This document shows, in pieces, positions 28,078 to 37,695 of a stretch of 64,000 nt of DNA (the first letter of the stretch is position 1; each line of letters opens with the position of its first letter). The position numbers were made by a program, and so were the translations under genes. The DNA comes from Gemmatimonadota bacterium (GTDB taxonomy: Bacteria; Gemmatimonadota; Gemmatimonadetes; Palauibacterales; Palauibacteraceae), in assembly GCA_963666735.1 (NCBI GenBank), contig OY762926.1, positions 1,536,001-1,600,000 of the forward strand, written 5' to 3'. The notes under the pieces are model-generated. The model did no database searches, was not told where the DNA came from, and saw only the letters and a program-made list of their open reading frames with translations.

Positions 28078-29802
28078 ATGAGGCCAGGCATTCGGGTGTA
28101 CGGCACGATCATGCTCGCGGTCATCGCGTTCGCGGTCGTTCCACTTCGAGTCGGCGCGCAGAGCGCTCCCCAGGTGGCGCGGTCGGCGGACGGGGTCGTC
28201 GTCGCTGCCCAACCGCTCGCCGCCGCGGCGGGCGCGCGGATGCTGGAACTCGGGGGGAACGCCGCGGACGCGGCGGTCGCCGCCGCGTTCGCCATCTCCG
28301 TGGTCGAGCCGAGCATGAACAGCATCGGGGGACGGAACCAGATTCTGATTCGGACGCCCGAGGGCGGGATCGCGGGGATCGACGGGACGACCTCCGTCCC
28401 CCTGGGATACGACCCGTCCACGGCGCCCCGCGCGGCCTACGGCTATCCGACCATCGGCGTGCCCGGATCGGTCGCGGGCCTCATGCGCCTGCACGAGGAA
28501 TACGGCTCGCTTCCGCTAACCACGATCATGGCTCCGGCAATCGACTACGCGGCGCACGGGTTCCGGCTGCTGCCGGGGGAGGCGCGCCGCCAGGCGGGAT
28601 CGCGCGGCCAGGTCGCGGAGTCCGAAGGCGCCCGGCGCTACTACCTGAAGGCGGACGGATCGCCCTACAGTCCGGGCGACCGGCTCGTGCAGTCCGACAT
28701 GGCCGCGACGCTGAGGACGATTTCCCTCGGCGGCGGCGACGCCTTCTACCGGGGCGAGATCGCCGGCCGCATCGCCGACGACATGGCGGCGAACGGCGGC
28801 TTCCTGACCCGGGAGGCGCTGGCGGCCTACGAGGCGGAGGACTCGCGGATCGTCCGCGGGTCCTACCGCGGGTTCGAGATCGTCGGCTCCGACATCCCGG
28901 CCTCGGGCGCGGTCGCGATCCTCGCCCTCCAGATCGCCGAGGTCTTCGATCCCGACAGCATGGGCGACGAGGCGTGGGCTTCGGTCATCGCCCAGTCGCT
29001 CGCCCTCGCCATGGCGGAATACCGCCGGCCGAGTTCGGACTCCTCCGCCGTGCGCGTGACATCGAAGGCGCTCGCCCACGAGCTTTCCGAGCAGGTGAGG
29101 GTGCCCGCGGAGGCGACGATGGAATCCGGTGCGGCGGAACCCTGGGCGGCGGCGGGAGCCGGAGGTTCAGGACTCGCCGGCGTGGTCGAGGGCCTGGACC
29201 TGCCGCCGGAGGATGGCCACACGACGCATCTTTCCGCCGCCGACGGCAACGGGATGGCCATCGCGCTCACGCAGACCATCGGCCCCGGCATGGGGGCGAA
29301 GGTCGCCACCCCCGGACTCGGGTTCCTCTACGCCGTGACGCTGGGCGGTTATCTGGGGATCAGCGAGCCGGGCGAGCGCGCGCGGTCCGGCATCACGCCG
29401 TTCATGGTCCTCGACGACGGCGAGCCGTTCCTCGTCCTGGGGGCCGCCGGCGGCATCCGGATCATTTCGGCGGTCGTCCAGGCCGTGACCCGGGTCATCG
29501 ATGACGGTCTGGCGCTACCCGCCGCCCTCGCGGCGCCGCGCGTACACCCCGACATGGGCCCCGAGGGCCTCACCGGCTTCTCCGTGGAAGCGGGTCCCGA
29601 GGACGGCTGGTCGGGGACTTCGGTGGAGGAGTTCCGGGAGATGGGATTCGAAATCACGGCCACGCCGCGGCAGGGCGCGTTCGGACGCATCCACGGGCTG
29701 CAGTACGACGCGGCCACGCGCACCTGGATCGGGGCTGCCGACCCCGACTGGGAGGGCGCCGCCGTGGCGCCCCGCCCCGCCGGCGTGAACGGCCGGAACT
29801 AG
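28078..29802 (+). CDS. ggt: Gamma-glutamyltransferase family protein (secreted)
   Basis: Signal peptide, GGNAADAAVA, GVPGSVAG, catalytic HTTHLS, GAAGG. Confidence 0.9.
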   Translation: MRPGIRVYGTIMLAVIAFAVVPLRVGAQSAPQVARSADGVVVAAQPLAAAAGARMLELGGNAADAAVAAAFAISVVEPSMNSIGGRNQILIRTPEGGIAGIDGTTSVPLGYDPSTAPRAAYGYPTIGVPGSVAGLMRLHEEYGSLPLTTIMAPAIDYAAHGFRLLPGEARRQAGSRGQVAESEGARRYYLKADGSPYSPGDRLVQSDMAATLRTISLGGGDAFYRGEIAGRIADDMAANGGFLTREALAAYEAEDSRIVRGSYRGFEIVGSDIPASGAVAILALQIAEVFDPDSMGDEAWASVIAQSLALAMAEYRRPSSDSSAVRVTSKALAHELSEQVRVPAEATMESGAAEPWAAAGAGGSGLAGVVEGLDLPPEDGHTTHLSAADGNGMAIALTQTIGPGMGAKVATPGLGFLYAVTLGGYLGISEPGERARSGITPFMVLDDGEPFLVLGAAGGIRIISAVVQAVTRVIDDGLALPAALAAPRVHPDMGPEGLTGFSVEAGPEDGWSGTSVEEFREMGFEITATPRQGAFGRIHGLQYDAATRTWIGAADPDWEGAAVAPRPAGVNGRN

Positions 29803-29815
29803 GCGGTCGGGACTA

Positions 29816-31034
29816 GTGTCATGTCACACATCAAACGTCGGATAGAGACGCTTGAGCTTGACACGTGCGTCGTCGGTGGTGAACTGCCAGTCGACCTTAG
29901 CTCGGATTCGGTCTCTGGCCGCCTGCCAGGCGGCGACTTCGGCGCGCAGGGTGTCGATGGAGTCGATGCGGCGGTTGAGGCACTGGCGGATCATGACGTT
30001 GAGTTCGACCTCGGCGACGTTCAGCCAACTGCCGTGCCTGGGGGTGTGGACGAACTCGAAGCGATCCCAAAGCGCCTTGGCCTCGGCGGGTTCGAAGGTT
30101 TCGTAGAGCGCGCCGGGGCGGTGCGTGTTCAGGTTGTCCATCACCAGCGTGATCCGGGTGGCGTCGGGGTACTGCGCGGCAATGTCGTGCAGGAAGCGGG
30201 CCCAGTCGGTCTTCGTTCTGCGCTCGGTCACCTTGGTCCGGCGCCGGCCGGCCAGCGGTTCGGTGGCCATGAACACGTTGCAGGTGCCGAGGCGCCGGTA
30301 CTCGTAGTCTTCGCGGGCCGGCCGTCCCGGTGCCGGCGGGACGGGCGTGCGCGTCTCGCCGATCAGCTGGCGCGGCGTCTCGTCCATGCACACCACCGGG
30401 AAGTTCGCATCGTACGGACGCCGGTAGACGTCGAGCACCCGCTCCATCCCCGCCGCGAAGTCGGCGTTGCGCCGCGGCGGGATCACCCAGCCGATGCGCC
30501 GCCAGGGTTTGATGGCGTTTTTTTTAGCACGCGCCGCACCGTCTCGTGCGAGACGCTGTCGATGTAGCCGAGTTCCACCGCGCGGTCCGCCAGCAGGCGC
30601 AGCGACCACTGCGCGCGCCCCTCGGGCGGATCGCCGCAGCTGAGCGCGACCAGCCGCGCCTCGAATTCGCCGTCCGCCTTGCGAAGGTATTTCGCGCGAC
30701 GACCCTGCCGGGCCCCAAGCGCCGCTTCCAGACCGTCCTCCACAAACCGCTTCCTGACCCGGTCCACCCTGCGCGCGCTGATCCGCAACACCCCGGCGAT
30801 CTCCCCGCCGGTCGCGCGCCGCTCGTTGAACTCGCCCTCGTCGCAATTGAGCAGAACCAGCGCGTTGACCACCCTCTGGGAACGATGCGACCCCTTGCGC
30901 GTGATCGCCCCCAACGCCTCGCGCTCCCCCGCCTCCAACTCCACCAGATACCGTTTCATGCCAGCCTCCCCGCCATTGTGGACCGGCGGGAAACCTATCA
31001 GGATACATGCGACATATCACATGTGACATGACAC
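29816..31034 (-). mobile_element. IS630 family insertion sequence
   Basis: 13-bp terminal inverted repeats GTGTCATGTCACA (29816-29828 / 31022-31034), TA duplication (29814-15 / 31035-36), CTAG target. Confidence 0.92.
29824..30959 (-). CDS. IS630 transposase, orfA (30483-30959) + orfB joined by probable -1 frameshift at an A8 run (30518-30525)
   Basis: HTH orfA ending VLKK; orfB NAIKPW...CMDE...MDNLNTH...HGSWLNVAEVE (DDE). Confidence 0.88.
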
Positions 31035-31918
31035 TAGCAGGTTCCGTTGGAACCCGGCTGCATTCCGGGGCAGCCGGCCGCCTCCGCCACGGCGCGCGCG
31101 CTCAGCACCTGCGCGAGGTGGAGGCGATACTCCGAACTCGCGTTCTCGTCCGCCGGGGGCGTCTCCAGTTCCGACACCTTCGACGCCGCCGCCAGGATCT
31201 GCGCCTTCTCGGACGCGCCGGTCAGAGCCGCTTCGACCCCGCCCGCCCGCAACGGCGTGCCGCCCATGTTCGTGAGCCCGATCGCGGCACCCGCGATTCC
31301 GTCTTCGGTCCAGTTCACGACCGCGGCCACGCCGACGATCGCCCAGTCCTGCGCCCGGCGCTGGAACTTCCGGTAGGCGCTGCCCCAGCCCTCCCGCTTC
31401 GGCACCCGGACGCCCGTCACGATCTCCCCATCCGCCGCGGCCGACATGAACGGGCCTACGAAGAAGTCCGCCGCCGCGACCGAGCGCGCGCCATCCCGTC
31501 CCGCGAGGGTGACCTCGGCATCGAGCGCGAGCAGCGCGGCCGGCAGATCCGAGGCCGGATCCGCGTGGGCGACGGAACCGCCGAGCGTGCCGCGGTGCCG
31601 CACCTGGGGATCGCCGATCCCTTCCGCCACCTTCGCGATGAGACCGCTGCCGCCCGTGAGCGCCGAGGCGGCGGCCACCTCGTGGTGCGTCGCCAAGGCA
31701 CCGATCACGACCGAATCGCCCTCGTCGTGCACGCCGCGCAGTTCGTCGATGCCGCCGATATCCACCAGCAGCGAGGGCCGGGCCAGGCGCAGCCGCATGA
31801 GCGGAAGCAGCGAATGTCCGCCGGCCAGCGGCCGCGCGTCCTCGCCGCCCTCGGCGAGCAGGCTCAGCGCCTCATCGAGAGACGAAGCGCGCTCGTAGTC
31901 GAAAGACGCGGGAATCAT
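31034..31918 (-). CDS. Xanthine dehydrogenase family FAD-binding subunit (CoxM-like)
   Basis: LAGGHSLLPLMRLRL, VRHRGTLGGSVAHADP. Confidence 0.9.
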   Translation of the reverse strand: MIPASFDYERASSLDEALSLLAEGGEDARPLAGGHSLLPLMRLRLARPSLLVDIGGIDELRGVHDEGDSVVIGALATHHEVAAASALTGGSGLIAKVAEGIGDPQVRHRGTLGGSVAHADPASDLPAALLALDAEVTLAGRDGARSVAAADFFVGPFMSAAADGEIVTGVRVPKREGWGSAYRKFQRRAQDWAIVGVAAVVNWTEDGIAGAAIGLTNMGGTPLRAGGVEAALTGASEKAQILAAASKVSELETPPADENASSEYRLHLAQVLSARAVAEAAGCPGMQPGSNGTC

Positions 31919-34281
31919 GCCTCACCTCCCTGGGCCGCCTGAATGGCTCGCCAAACCCGCTCCGGACTCGCCGGCATCGGGACGTCCGTCACGCCGAGGT
32001 GCGAGAGCGCATCCACGACCGCGTTGATCACGGCCGGCGCGGACCCGATCGTCCCCGCCTCGCCGATCCCCTTCACCCCCATCGGGTTCGAGGTGCTCGG
32101 CGTCACCGTCCGGTCCGTCTCGAACGACGGGAACTCCGCCGCGGACGGTACGAGATAGTTGACCATCGACGCCGTCTCCAGCGTCCCGTCCTCCGCGTAC
32201 GTCGCCTCTTCGTACAGCGCCGCCGCGATTCCCTGCGCCACGCCGCCGTGCACCTGGCCGTCCACGATGACGGGGTTGATCACGGGCCCGCAGTCGTCGA
32301 CCGCGATGTAGCGGACGAGATCCACGGCGCCGGTCTCCGTGTCCACTTCGACCACGGCCACGTGCGTGCCGAAGGGGAAGGTGAAGTTCGGCGGATCGTA
32401 CACGCAGTGCGCCTCGAGCCCGGGCTCGGAGTCCTCCGGCAGGCTGTGGGCCGTCCACGCCGCGAACGCGAGTTCCGGCATCGACTTCGTGCGGTCCGGG
32501 ACGCCCTTCACCGAGAAGGTCCCCGCCTCGTACTCGAGGTCCTCCGGCGCCACCTCGAGCAGGTGCGCCGCGAGCCCCCTCGCCTTGTCGACGACCCGGT
32601 CGCACGCGTTGTGCACCGCGACCCCCGCCACCGCGAGGCTGCGGCTGCCGTACGTGTTCATCCCGTGCGGCGCCACGTGCGTGTCTCCGTGGAGGACCGT
32701 GACGTCCTCGTACGGGATCCCGAGCATGTCCGCCGCGATCTGGGACCAGGAGGTCACGTGCCCCTGCCCGTGTGGCGAACTGCCCGTCACGACTTCCGCC
32801 TTTCCGGTCGGCAGCATGCGCACCGTGGCCGCGTCCCAGCCGCCGGCGGCGTACTTGAGCGAGGCCAGCACCTGCGAGGGCGCGAGCCCGCAGATTTCCA
32901 CGTAGGACGAAAACCCGACCCCGATCTGCTTGCCCGCCCCGCTCTCCCGGCGCTCCGCCTGGTCGCTCCGGAACCCATCGTAGTCCAGCAGTTCCAGCGC
33001 GCGGTCGAGCGCGGGCTCGTAGTTGGCCGAGTCGAAGGCGAGGCCGCCAGGGCTCTGGACCATGTCGCCGGCCGGGAGGAAGTTCCGCCGCCGGATTTCC
33101 GCCACGTCCACGCCGACCTTCCGCGCGAGCGCGTCGATCGCCCGCTCGATGGCGTAGGTCGCCTCGGGCCGTCCCGCGCCGCGGTAGGCGTCCGTCGGGG
33201 TCGTGTTCGTGAACACGCCCGTGCACTCGAAGTGATACGCCTCCCCGCCGTAGCAGCCGCAGTAGAGGAAGGCGCCCAGGAGCGGAACCCCCGGCGCCAC
33301 GAGCTGCAGGTAGGCGCCCATGGCCGCAAGAATGTTGACGCGGTATCCGAGGATGTCGCCGTCGACCGTGGCGGCGATCTCGATCTCCTGGACCTGGTCC
33401 CGGCCGTGGATCGTGGCGAGGTAGCCCTCGCTCCGCCCGGCGACCCACTTGACCGGCTTCCCCAGACGGCGCGCGAGGGCGATGCAGAGCGCCTCCTCCG
33501 CGTACACGTTCAGCTTCGAGCCGAAGCCGCCGCCCACGTCGGAGGGGGCGATGACCCGGATCTGAGACTCGGGAATTCCGAGGGTGAGCGCGAACAGCAC
33601 CTTCGCGACGTGGGGAATCTGCGTCGTGGACCACACTGTGAAATCGCCCGTCGAGGGGACCGACTGCGCGACGACGGCGCGCGGCTCCATCGCGTTCGGG
33701 ATCAGCCGCGGCTGCGTGTAGCGCTCCTTGACCACGACATCCGCCTTCGCGAAGGCCGCGTCCACGTCGCCGTTCGTCAGCGTCCACGTGTAGCTCTTGT
33801 TGTCATCGAACGACTCGTGCACGCGCGGCGCGTCGTCGGCCAGCGCCGCCTCCACGTCCACGACCGCGTCCTGCACCTCGTAGTCAACCTCCACGAGTTC
33901 CGCCGCGTCGAGCGCCGCGTTGCGGCTCGTCGCGACCACGACCGCCACCGCGTCGCCCACGTAGCGCGCCACATCCTGCGCCACCGGCCAGTGGTCGGGG
34001 ATCCTGATGTCGTCCGTCACGGGCCACGCCATCGGCAGGCCCGCCGCCCACTCGTCGGCCAGGTCCGCCCCACTGTACGCTGCGACCACGCCATCCGCGG
34101 CGGCGGCGGCGGACACGTCCACCGACTCGATGCGCGCCGATCCGTACGGACTTCGGACGAGTGCCGCATGAAGCATGCCGGGCAGCGTGAGGCCTTCCAG
34201 GAACTGGCCCTGCCCCGTGAGAAGCTTGGGATCCTCTTTACGCGGGACCCCGCCGCCAACGTATTTCTCGGCCGTCGCCAT
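31915..34281 (-). CDS. Xanthine dehydrogenase family molybdopterin subunit (form II CoxL-like)
   Basis: VGGGFGSK, active-site loop AYRGAGR, HGQGH, GVKGIGEAG. Confidence 0.9.
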   Translation of the reverse strand: MATAEKYVGGGVPRKEDPKLLTGQGQFLEGLTLPGMLHAALVRSPYGSARIESVDVSAAAAADGVVAAYSGADLADEWAAGLPMAWPVTDDIRIPDHWPVAQDVARYVGDAVAVVVATSRNAALDAAELVEVDYEVQDAVVDVEAALADDAPRVHESFDDNKSYTWTLTNGDVDAAFAKADVVVKERYTQPRLIPNAMEPRAVVAQSVPSTGDFTVWSTTQIPHVAKVLFALTLGIPESQIRVIAPSDVGGGFGSKLNVYAEEALCIALARRLGKPVKWVAGRSEGYLATIHGRDQVQEIEIAATVDGDILGYRVNILAAMGAYLQLVAPGVPLLGAFLYCGCYGGEAYHFECTGVFTNTTPTDAYRGAGRPEATYAIERAIDALARKVGVDVAEIRRRNFLPAGDMVQSPGGLAFDSANYEPALDRALELLDYDGFRSDQAERRESGAGKQIGVGFSSYVEICGLAPSQVLASLKYAAGGWDAATVRMLPTGKAEVVTGSSPHGQGHVTSWSQIAADMLGIPYEDVTVLHGDTHVAPHGMNTYGSRSLAVAGVAVHNACDRVVDKARGLAAHLLEVAPEDLEYEAGTFSVKGVPDRTKSMPELAFAAWTAHSLPEDSEPGLEAHCVYDPPNFTFPFGTHVAVVEVDTETGAVDLVRYIAVDDCGPVINPVIVDGQVHGGVAQGIAAALYEEATYAEDGTLETASMVNYLVPSAAEFPSFETDRTVTPSTSNPMGVKGIGEAGTIGSAPAVINAVVDALSHLGVTDVPMPASPERVWRAIQAAQGGEA

Positions 34282-34296
34282 GTTCTCTCTCCTCGC

Positions 34297-34764
34297 CTAA
34301 GAGCCCATGTCGTCGGCGGCCGCGAGCACCGCCTTGACGATGTTGTGGTAGCCCGTGCACCGGCAGAGGTTGCCCTCCAGCGCGAGCCGGACCTCGTCCT
34401 CCGTGGGCGCCGGGTTCTCATCCAGGTATCCCACCGTGGCCATCATCATGCCGGGAGTACAGAACCCGCACTGCAGGCCGTGGTTCTCGTGGAACGCCTT
34501 CTGGACCGGGTGCCAGTCGCCGTTCGACGCGAGCCCCTCGACGGTGGCGACCTCCGCGCCATCCGCCTGGACGGCGAGCACGGTACACGACTTCACCGAC
34601 TGACCGTTCATCAGAATCGTGCAGGCGCCGCACGAGGACGTGTCGCAGCCCACGTTGGTGCCGGTCAGTTCGAGTTGTTCGCGGATGAAATGAACGAGGA
34701 GGGTGCGGGGTTCGACGTCCGCCTCGTGCCGAACGCCGTTCACGGTGACGGAGATGCGCTTCAT
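34297..34764 (-). CDS. (2Fe-2S)-binding subunit (CoxS-like)
   Basis: [26 protein letters not shown]. Confidence 0.92.
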   Translation of the reverse strand: MKRISVTVNGVRHEADVEPRTLLVHFIREQLELTGTNVGCDTSSCGACTILMNGQSVKSCTVLAVQADGAEVATVEGLASNGDWHPVQKAFHENHGLQCGFCTPGMMMATVGYLDENPAPTEDEVRLALEGNLCRCTGYHNIVKAVLAAADDMGS

Positions 34765-34980
34765 GCGGCCACTCCTGATCCTGTGCCGGCGGGAGCGCCG
34801 GCGGAGCTCCCGGAACGGGACTCATCCGGCCGCCCGTCGGCCGGGGGAACCCAGTCTAGAACGGGCCGCGGGGCCGGGGCAACCGGGCAGGCCCGGGAGT
34901 CGGGGGGAGTGGCCGGTGCGCGGGGTCCGGCGGCGCCATCCCGAGGGCGAGACCCCGAGCGACGACCGTGGGGAGCCGCA

Positions 34981-35358
34981 TCAGCGCATCATGCCGGGAT
35001 CCCGGCGTCCGCTCGCGTATTGCAGGACAAGCCAGGCGATCGAGGCGAAGCCGAGGATCAGGAAGCCGACGATGGACGAGCCCAGGGTGACCTGGATCCC
35101 GCTCCACACGAGCGGCGTGCTTACCTCCCCCGCCCGCGAGATCGCCTCGGCCGCCATCCACACGCCGACCAGCGATCCGAGCACGCCGAGGCACGCGGCG
35201 AGGGCGCCGAGAATCAGGATCGAGTGGATACGCAGGCCCACCGCCGGAGCGCCGGGGCGGACGAGGTCGACCGTCGTGCGCACGATCTGCACCAGCATGG
35301 GAATCAGGACGATCCAGATCGGATACTGGATGAATCCGAGCGATTCGAAGAAGGACAT
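34981..35358 (-). CDS. Small membrane protein, MotA/TolQ/ExbB-like 3-TM domain
   Basis: LGALAACLGVLGSLVGV...GIQVTL; GGAGG RBS. Confidence 0.65.
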   Translation of the reverse strand: MSFFESLGFIQYPIWIVLIPMLVQIVRTTVDLVRPGAPAVGLRIHSILILGALAACLGVLGSLVGVWMAAEAISRAGEVSTPLVWSGIQVTLGSSIVGFLILGFASIAWLVLQYASGRRDPGMMR

Positions 35359-35361
35359 CGG

Positions 35362-36126
35362 TTACCTCCGGCTTGATGAAGTCGGTGTGAGGGGCGCAGC
35401 AAAGAACGTCGATATGCGGTGCTCCATCGTCTCGTCGTCGATCAGGCGCGGCGTGATGGCGAGCCAGCCGAAGAGTCCGAAGATGGCCGCGCCGAACCCG
35501 AGTGCGGCGCAGGAGACGATGCGGCCGACGGCGTCCCACATGGCCGGCATCGCGAAATCCTCGACGTCGAGCGCTTCGAAGGCGCTGTAGCCCTCCAAGG
35601 ACGCGCCCAGCGCCCCGAGGGCGACCGCGAAGACGATGAGCCCGACCTGCCGCTCCCACAGCCGGCGCCGCAGGTCCGGCCGCAGGTCGCCGTCGATCCA
35701 GAGACGCGTCGCGGCCCGGGTCCAGTTCGCGGCGAGCAGGGCGACCACGATGACCTGGGGCCACGCAAGCACGGCCGCGGAGCCGAGTGGGCCCGACCCG
35801 ATCATCGTGATGCACGCGACCGCCCCGGCCAGGCCTGTGGCCGCGAGAATGCCGAGGCGCTCCACCCGGTCGATCCACCCCGTGCCCCGCGCCCAGCGGC
35901 CCAGCGGCGGCGCATGCTGCGCTTCGAGCTGAGCGAGCGTCTCCGTGCCCGGCACGAGCTGGCGAAGGGCGGCGCGGCGTGCCTGGGCCGGTCCGTATCC
36001 GCGACGCTCCAGTTCCGCCTGCAGCGCCTCCGCGTCGGCGTCGACTTCCTCCAGCAGATCGAGGCGGCGGCGCGGCGGCACCGCAAGATTCCGTTCGATG
36101 TCTGCAAGGGGATGTTCAGGCCGCAT
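35362..36126 (-). CDS. Hypothetical membrane protein of a PadR-linked operon
   Basis: N-terminal helical domain (RLDLLEEVDADAE...RGYGPAQA), then 4 TM segments similar to the downstream gene. Confidence 0.65.
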   Translation of the reverse strand: MRPEHPLADIERNLAVPPRRRLDLLEEVDADAEALQAELERRGYGPAQARRAALRQLVPGTETLAQLEAQHAPPLGRWARGTGWIDRVERLGILAATGLAGAVACITMIGSGPLGSAAVLAWPQVIVVALLAANWTRAATRLWIDGDLRPDLRRRLWERQVGLIVFAVALGALGASLEGYSAFEALDVEDFAMPAMWDAVGRIVSCAALGFGAAIFGLFGWLAITPRLIDDETMEHRISTFFAAPLTPTSSSRR

Positions 36127-36436
36127 GGGTTGCCCCGAAGAGTTCCAGCAGCACCCGGAACTGTCGCTCCAGTTGCGCCGCTCCCGCCGCCAGTTCGGCA
36201 CGACCCGCGCCGGTGAGTTCGTACGTCTTCCGCCGCCGCCCGTCCCCGCTCCATTTCCCGCGCACGTGCCCGTCCGTCTCGAGCCGGTGCAGGATCGGGT
36301 AGAGGGTCCCGTGCTGAAACGAAAACGCGCCCCCCGTCCGTTCCTCCACGGAGAGCGCGATCTGGTAGCCGTGCGCGGGTCCTCGCTCCAGGACCGCGAG
36401 CACGAGCAGTTCGTTGATGCGCTTCGAGAGTGTCAT
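36116..36436 (-). CDS. PadR family transcriptional regulator
   Basis: HGYQI...HGTLYPILHRLE...RRKTYELT. Confidence 0.92.
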   Translation of the reverse strand: MTLSKRINELLVLAVLERGPAHGYQIALSVEERTGGAFSFQHGTLYPILHRLETDGHVRGKWSGDGRRRKTYELTGAGRAELAAGAAQLERQFRVLLELFGATHAA

Positions 36437-36442
36437 GCGCAC

Positions 36443-36471
36443 ATGATATAAAGATGGTCTTTATATCGCAA
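36443..36471 (-). promoter_or_regulatory. padR promoter (TTGCGA-N17-TATCAT) overlapped by a perfect operator-like palindrome; probable leaderless transcript
   Basis: GATATAAAGA-TGG-TCTTTATATC at 36445-36467; ATG begins 7 nt after the -10 box. Confidence 0.75.
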
Positions 36472-36597
36472 ATCTGCATACCGGGAAGAGCGGCTACGGT
36501 CGCGGGTATCCCCGGCCAGAGCAGTCCGCGACATTGGAGACGGCGGGACCGGGCCGTCCGCGGATAACCGCCGCCAGGGAAGCGATCGAGAAACGAA

Positions 36598-37695
36598 TTG
36601 TACACGACCTGCATCTTCTGCCACGGCGACCTCGCCCGGAACGAGGCCCTCGAGGAGTTCCCGGTCGGCCGCCGTCTCGCTTTCGACGGGGCAAGGGGAC
36701 GGCTCTGGGTCGTGTGCCGGCGCTGTGAGCGCTGGAACCTCTCCCCGCTGGAGACGCGCTGGGAGGCGATCGAAGCCTGCGAACGCGCCTTCGAGACCAC
36801 CCGCATGCGGGTCGCCTCCGACAACATCGGCCTTGCGAAACTCAAGGAGGGCCTCGAACTCGTCCGCGTCGGCGATCCCGTCCGCCAGGAGTTCGCGGCG
36901 TGGCGCTACGGCGACCAGTTCGGCCGCCGCCGCAAGCGGGCCATGCTCATCACCGGCGCCGTCGCGACCGCAGCGGGGGCCCTCGTCGTGGGAGGCGTGG
37001 TCTCGCTGGGCTCGCTCTGGCTGACGAGCAGGTGGTCGAAGACCTGGTACCTCAATCGTGTCATTCACCGGACTCGAGATGCTCGCGGAGAGCCCGTGCG
37101 GGTCCTGCGGAGACACCTCTATACGTCGCGTCTCGTGCCGGATGTCGAGGGAAGTGGCTGGGGACTTCAGGTTGATCACATCCGGGGCTGGGACAAGCGA
37201 TCGGGCAGGGCGTTGCGGACGATGATGATTCAGGGCCCCGACGCGACCGGGATGGCCGGACAGTTGATGGCGCGAGCCAACCGCCGCGGCGGCGCCGAGC
37301 AGGTGATCCGCCAGGCCGTAAGGCGGATCGAAAACGCCGGCCACCCCGAGGCTTTTCTTCCCGAAGCCGCGGACATGGCGCAGCGCGCTTTTCGGCGATC
37401 CGCCAAGGACCATCCGCCCGTACACCGAATCGAACGGCTGCGGAAGCCGTTGCCCGGCACGCTCGCGGGCATGACCGACAGTATGCGTCTGGCCGTCGAG
37501 ATGGCGACGCAGGAGGCGACCGAACGCGAAGCACTCGAGGGAGAACTGAAGGAACTCGAGGCGCGGTGGCGCGAGGCGGAAGAGATCGCCCACATCGCCG
37601 ACAACCTCTTTGTCCCCGAAGGCGTCGACAGCTTCATCGCCGGCGAGCGCGGGCGAACCGGCGCCGGCGCCGCGAACCCGTCGCGGAACGCCTGA
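36598..37695 (+). CDS. Hypothetical Zn-ribbon protein with one hydrophobic segment, paralogue 1
   Basis: CIFC...CRRC; TTG start aligns with the ATG of paralogue 2. Confidence 0.8.
   Translation: MYTTCIFCHGDLARNEALEEFPVGRRLAFDGARGRLWVVCRRCERWNLSPLETRWEAIEACERAFETTRMRVASDNIGLAKLKEGLELVRVGDPVRQEFAAWRYGDQFGRRRKRAMLITGAVATAAGALVVGGVVSLGSLWLTSRWSKTWYLNRVIHRTRDARGEPVRVLRRHLYTSRLVPDVEGSGWGLQVDHIRGWDKRSGRALRTMMIQGPDATGMAGQLMARANRRGGAEQVIRQAVRRIENAGHPEAFLPEAADMAQRAFRRSAKDHPPVHRIERLRKPLPGTLAGMTDSMRLAVEMATQEATEREALEGELKELEARWREAEEIAHIADNLFVPEGVDSFIAGERGRTGAGAANPSRNA

Noticed and set aside
31034..34764. Aerobic CO dehydrogenase (form I)
   Set aside because: The active-site loop is AYRGAGR, not AYXCSFR; gene order is S-L-M and there are no accessory cox genes, so it is form II-like with unknown substrate
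31999..35376. 1125-aa + strand ORF, and similar long ORFs (696-2441, 14047-16563, 36433-38718, 49311-51629, 58059-60056)
   Set aside because: Antisense or off-frame shadows of recognisable genes; Arg/Gly/Pro-rich and expected at this GC content
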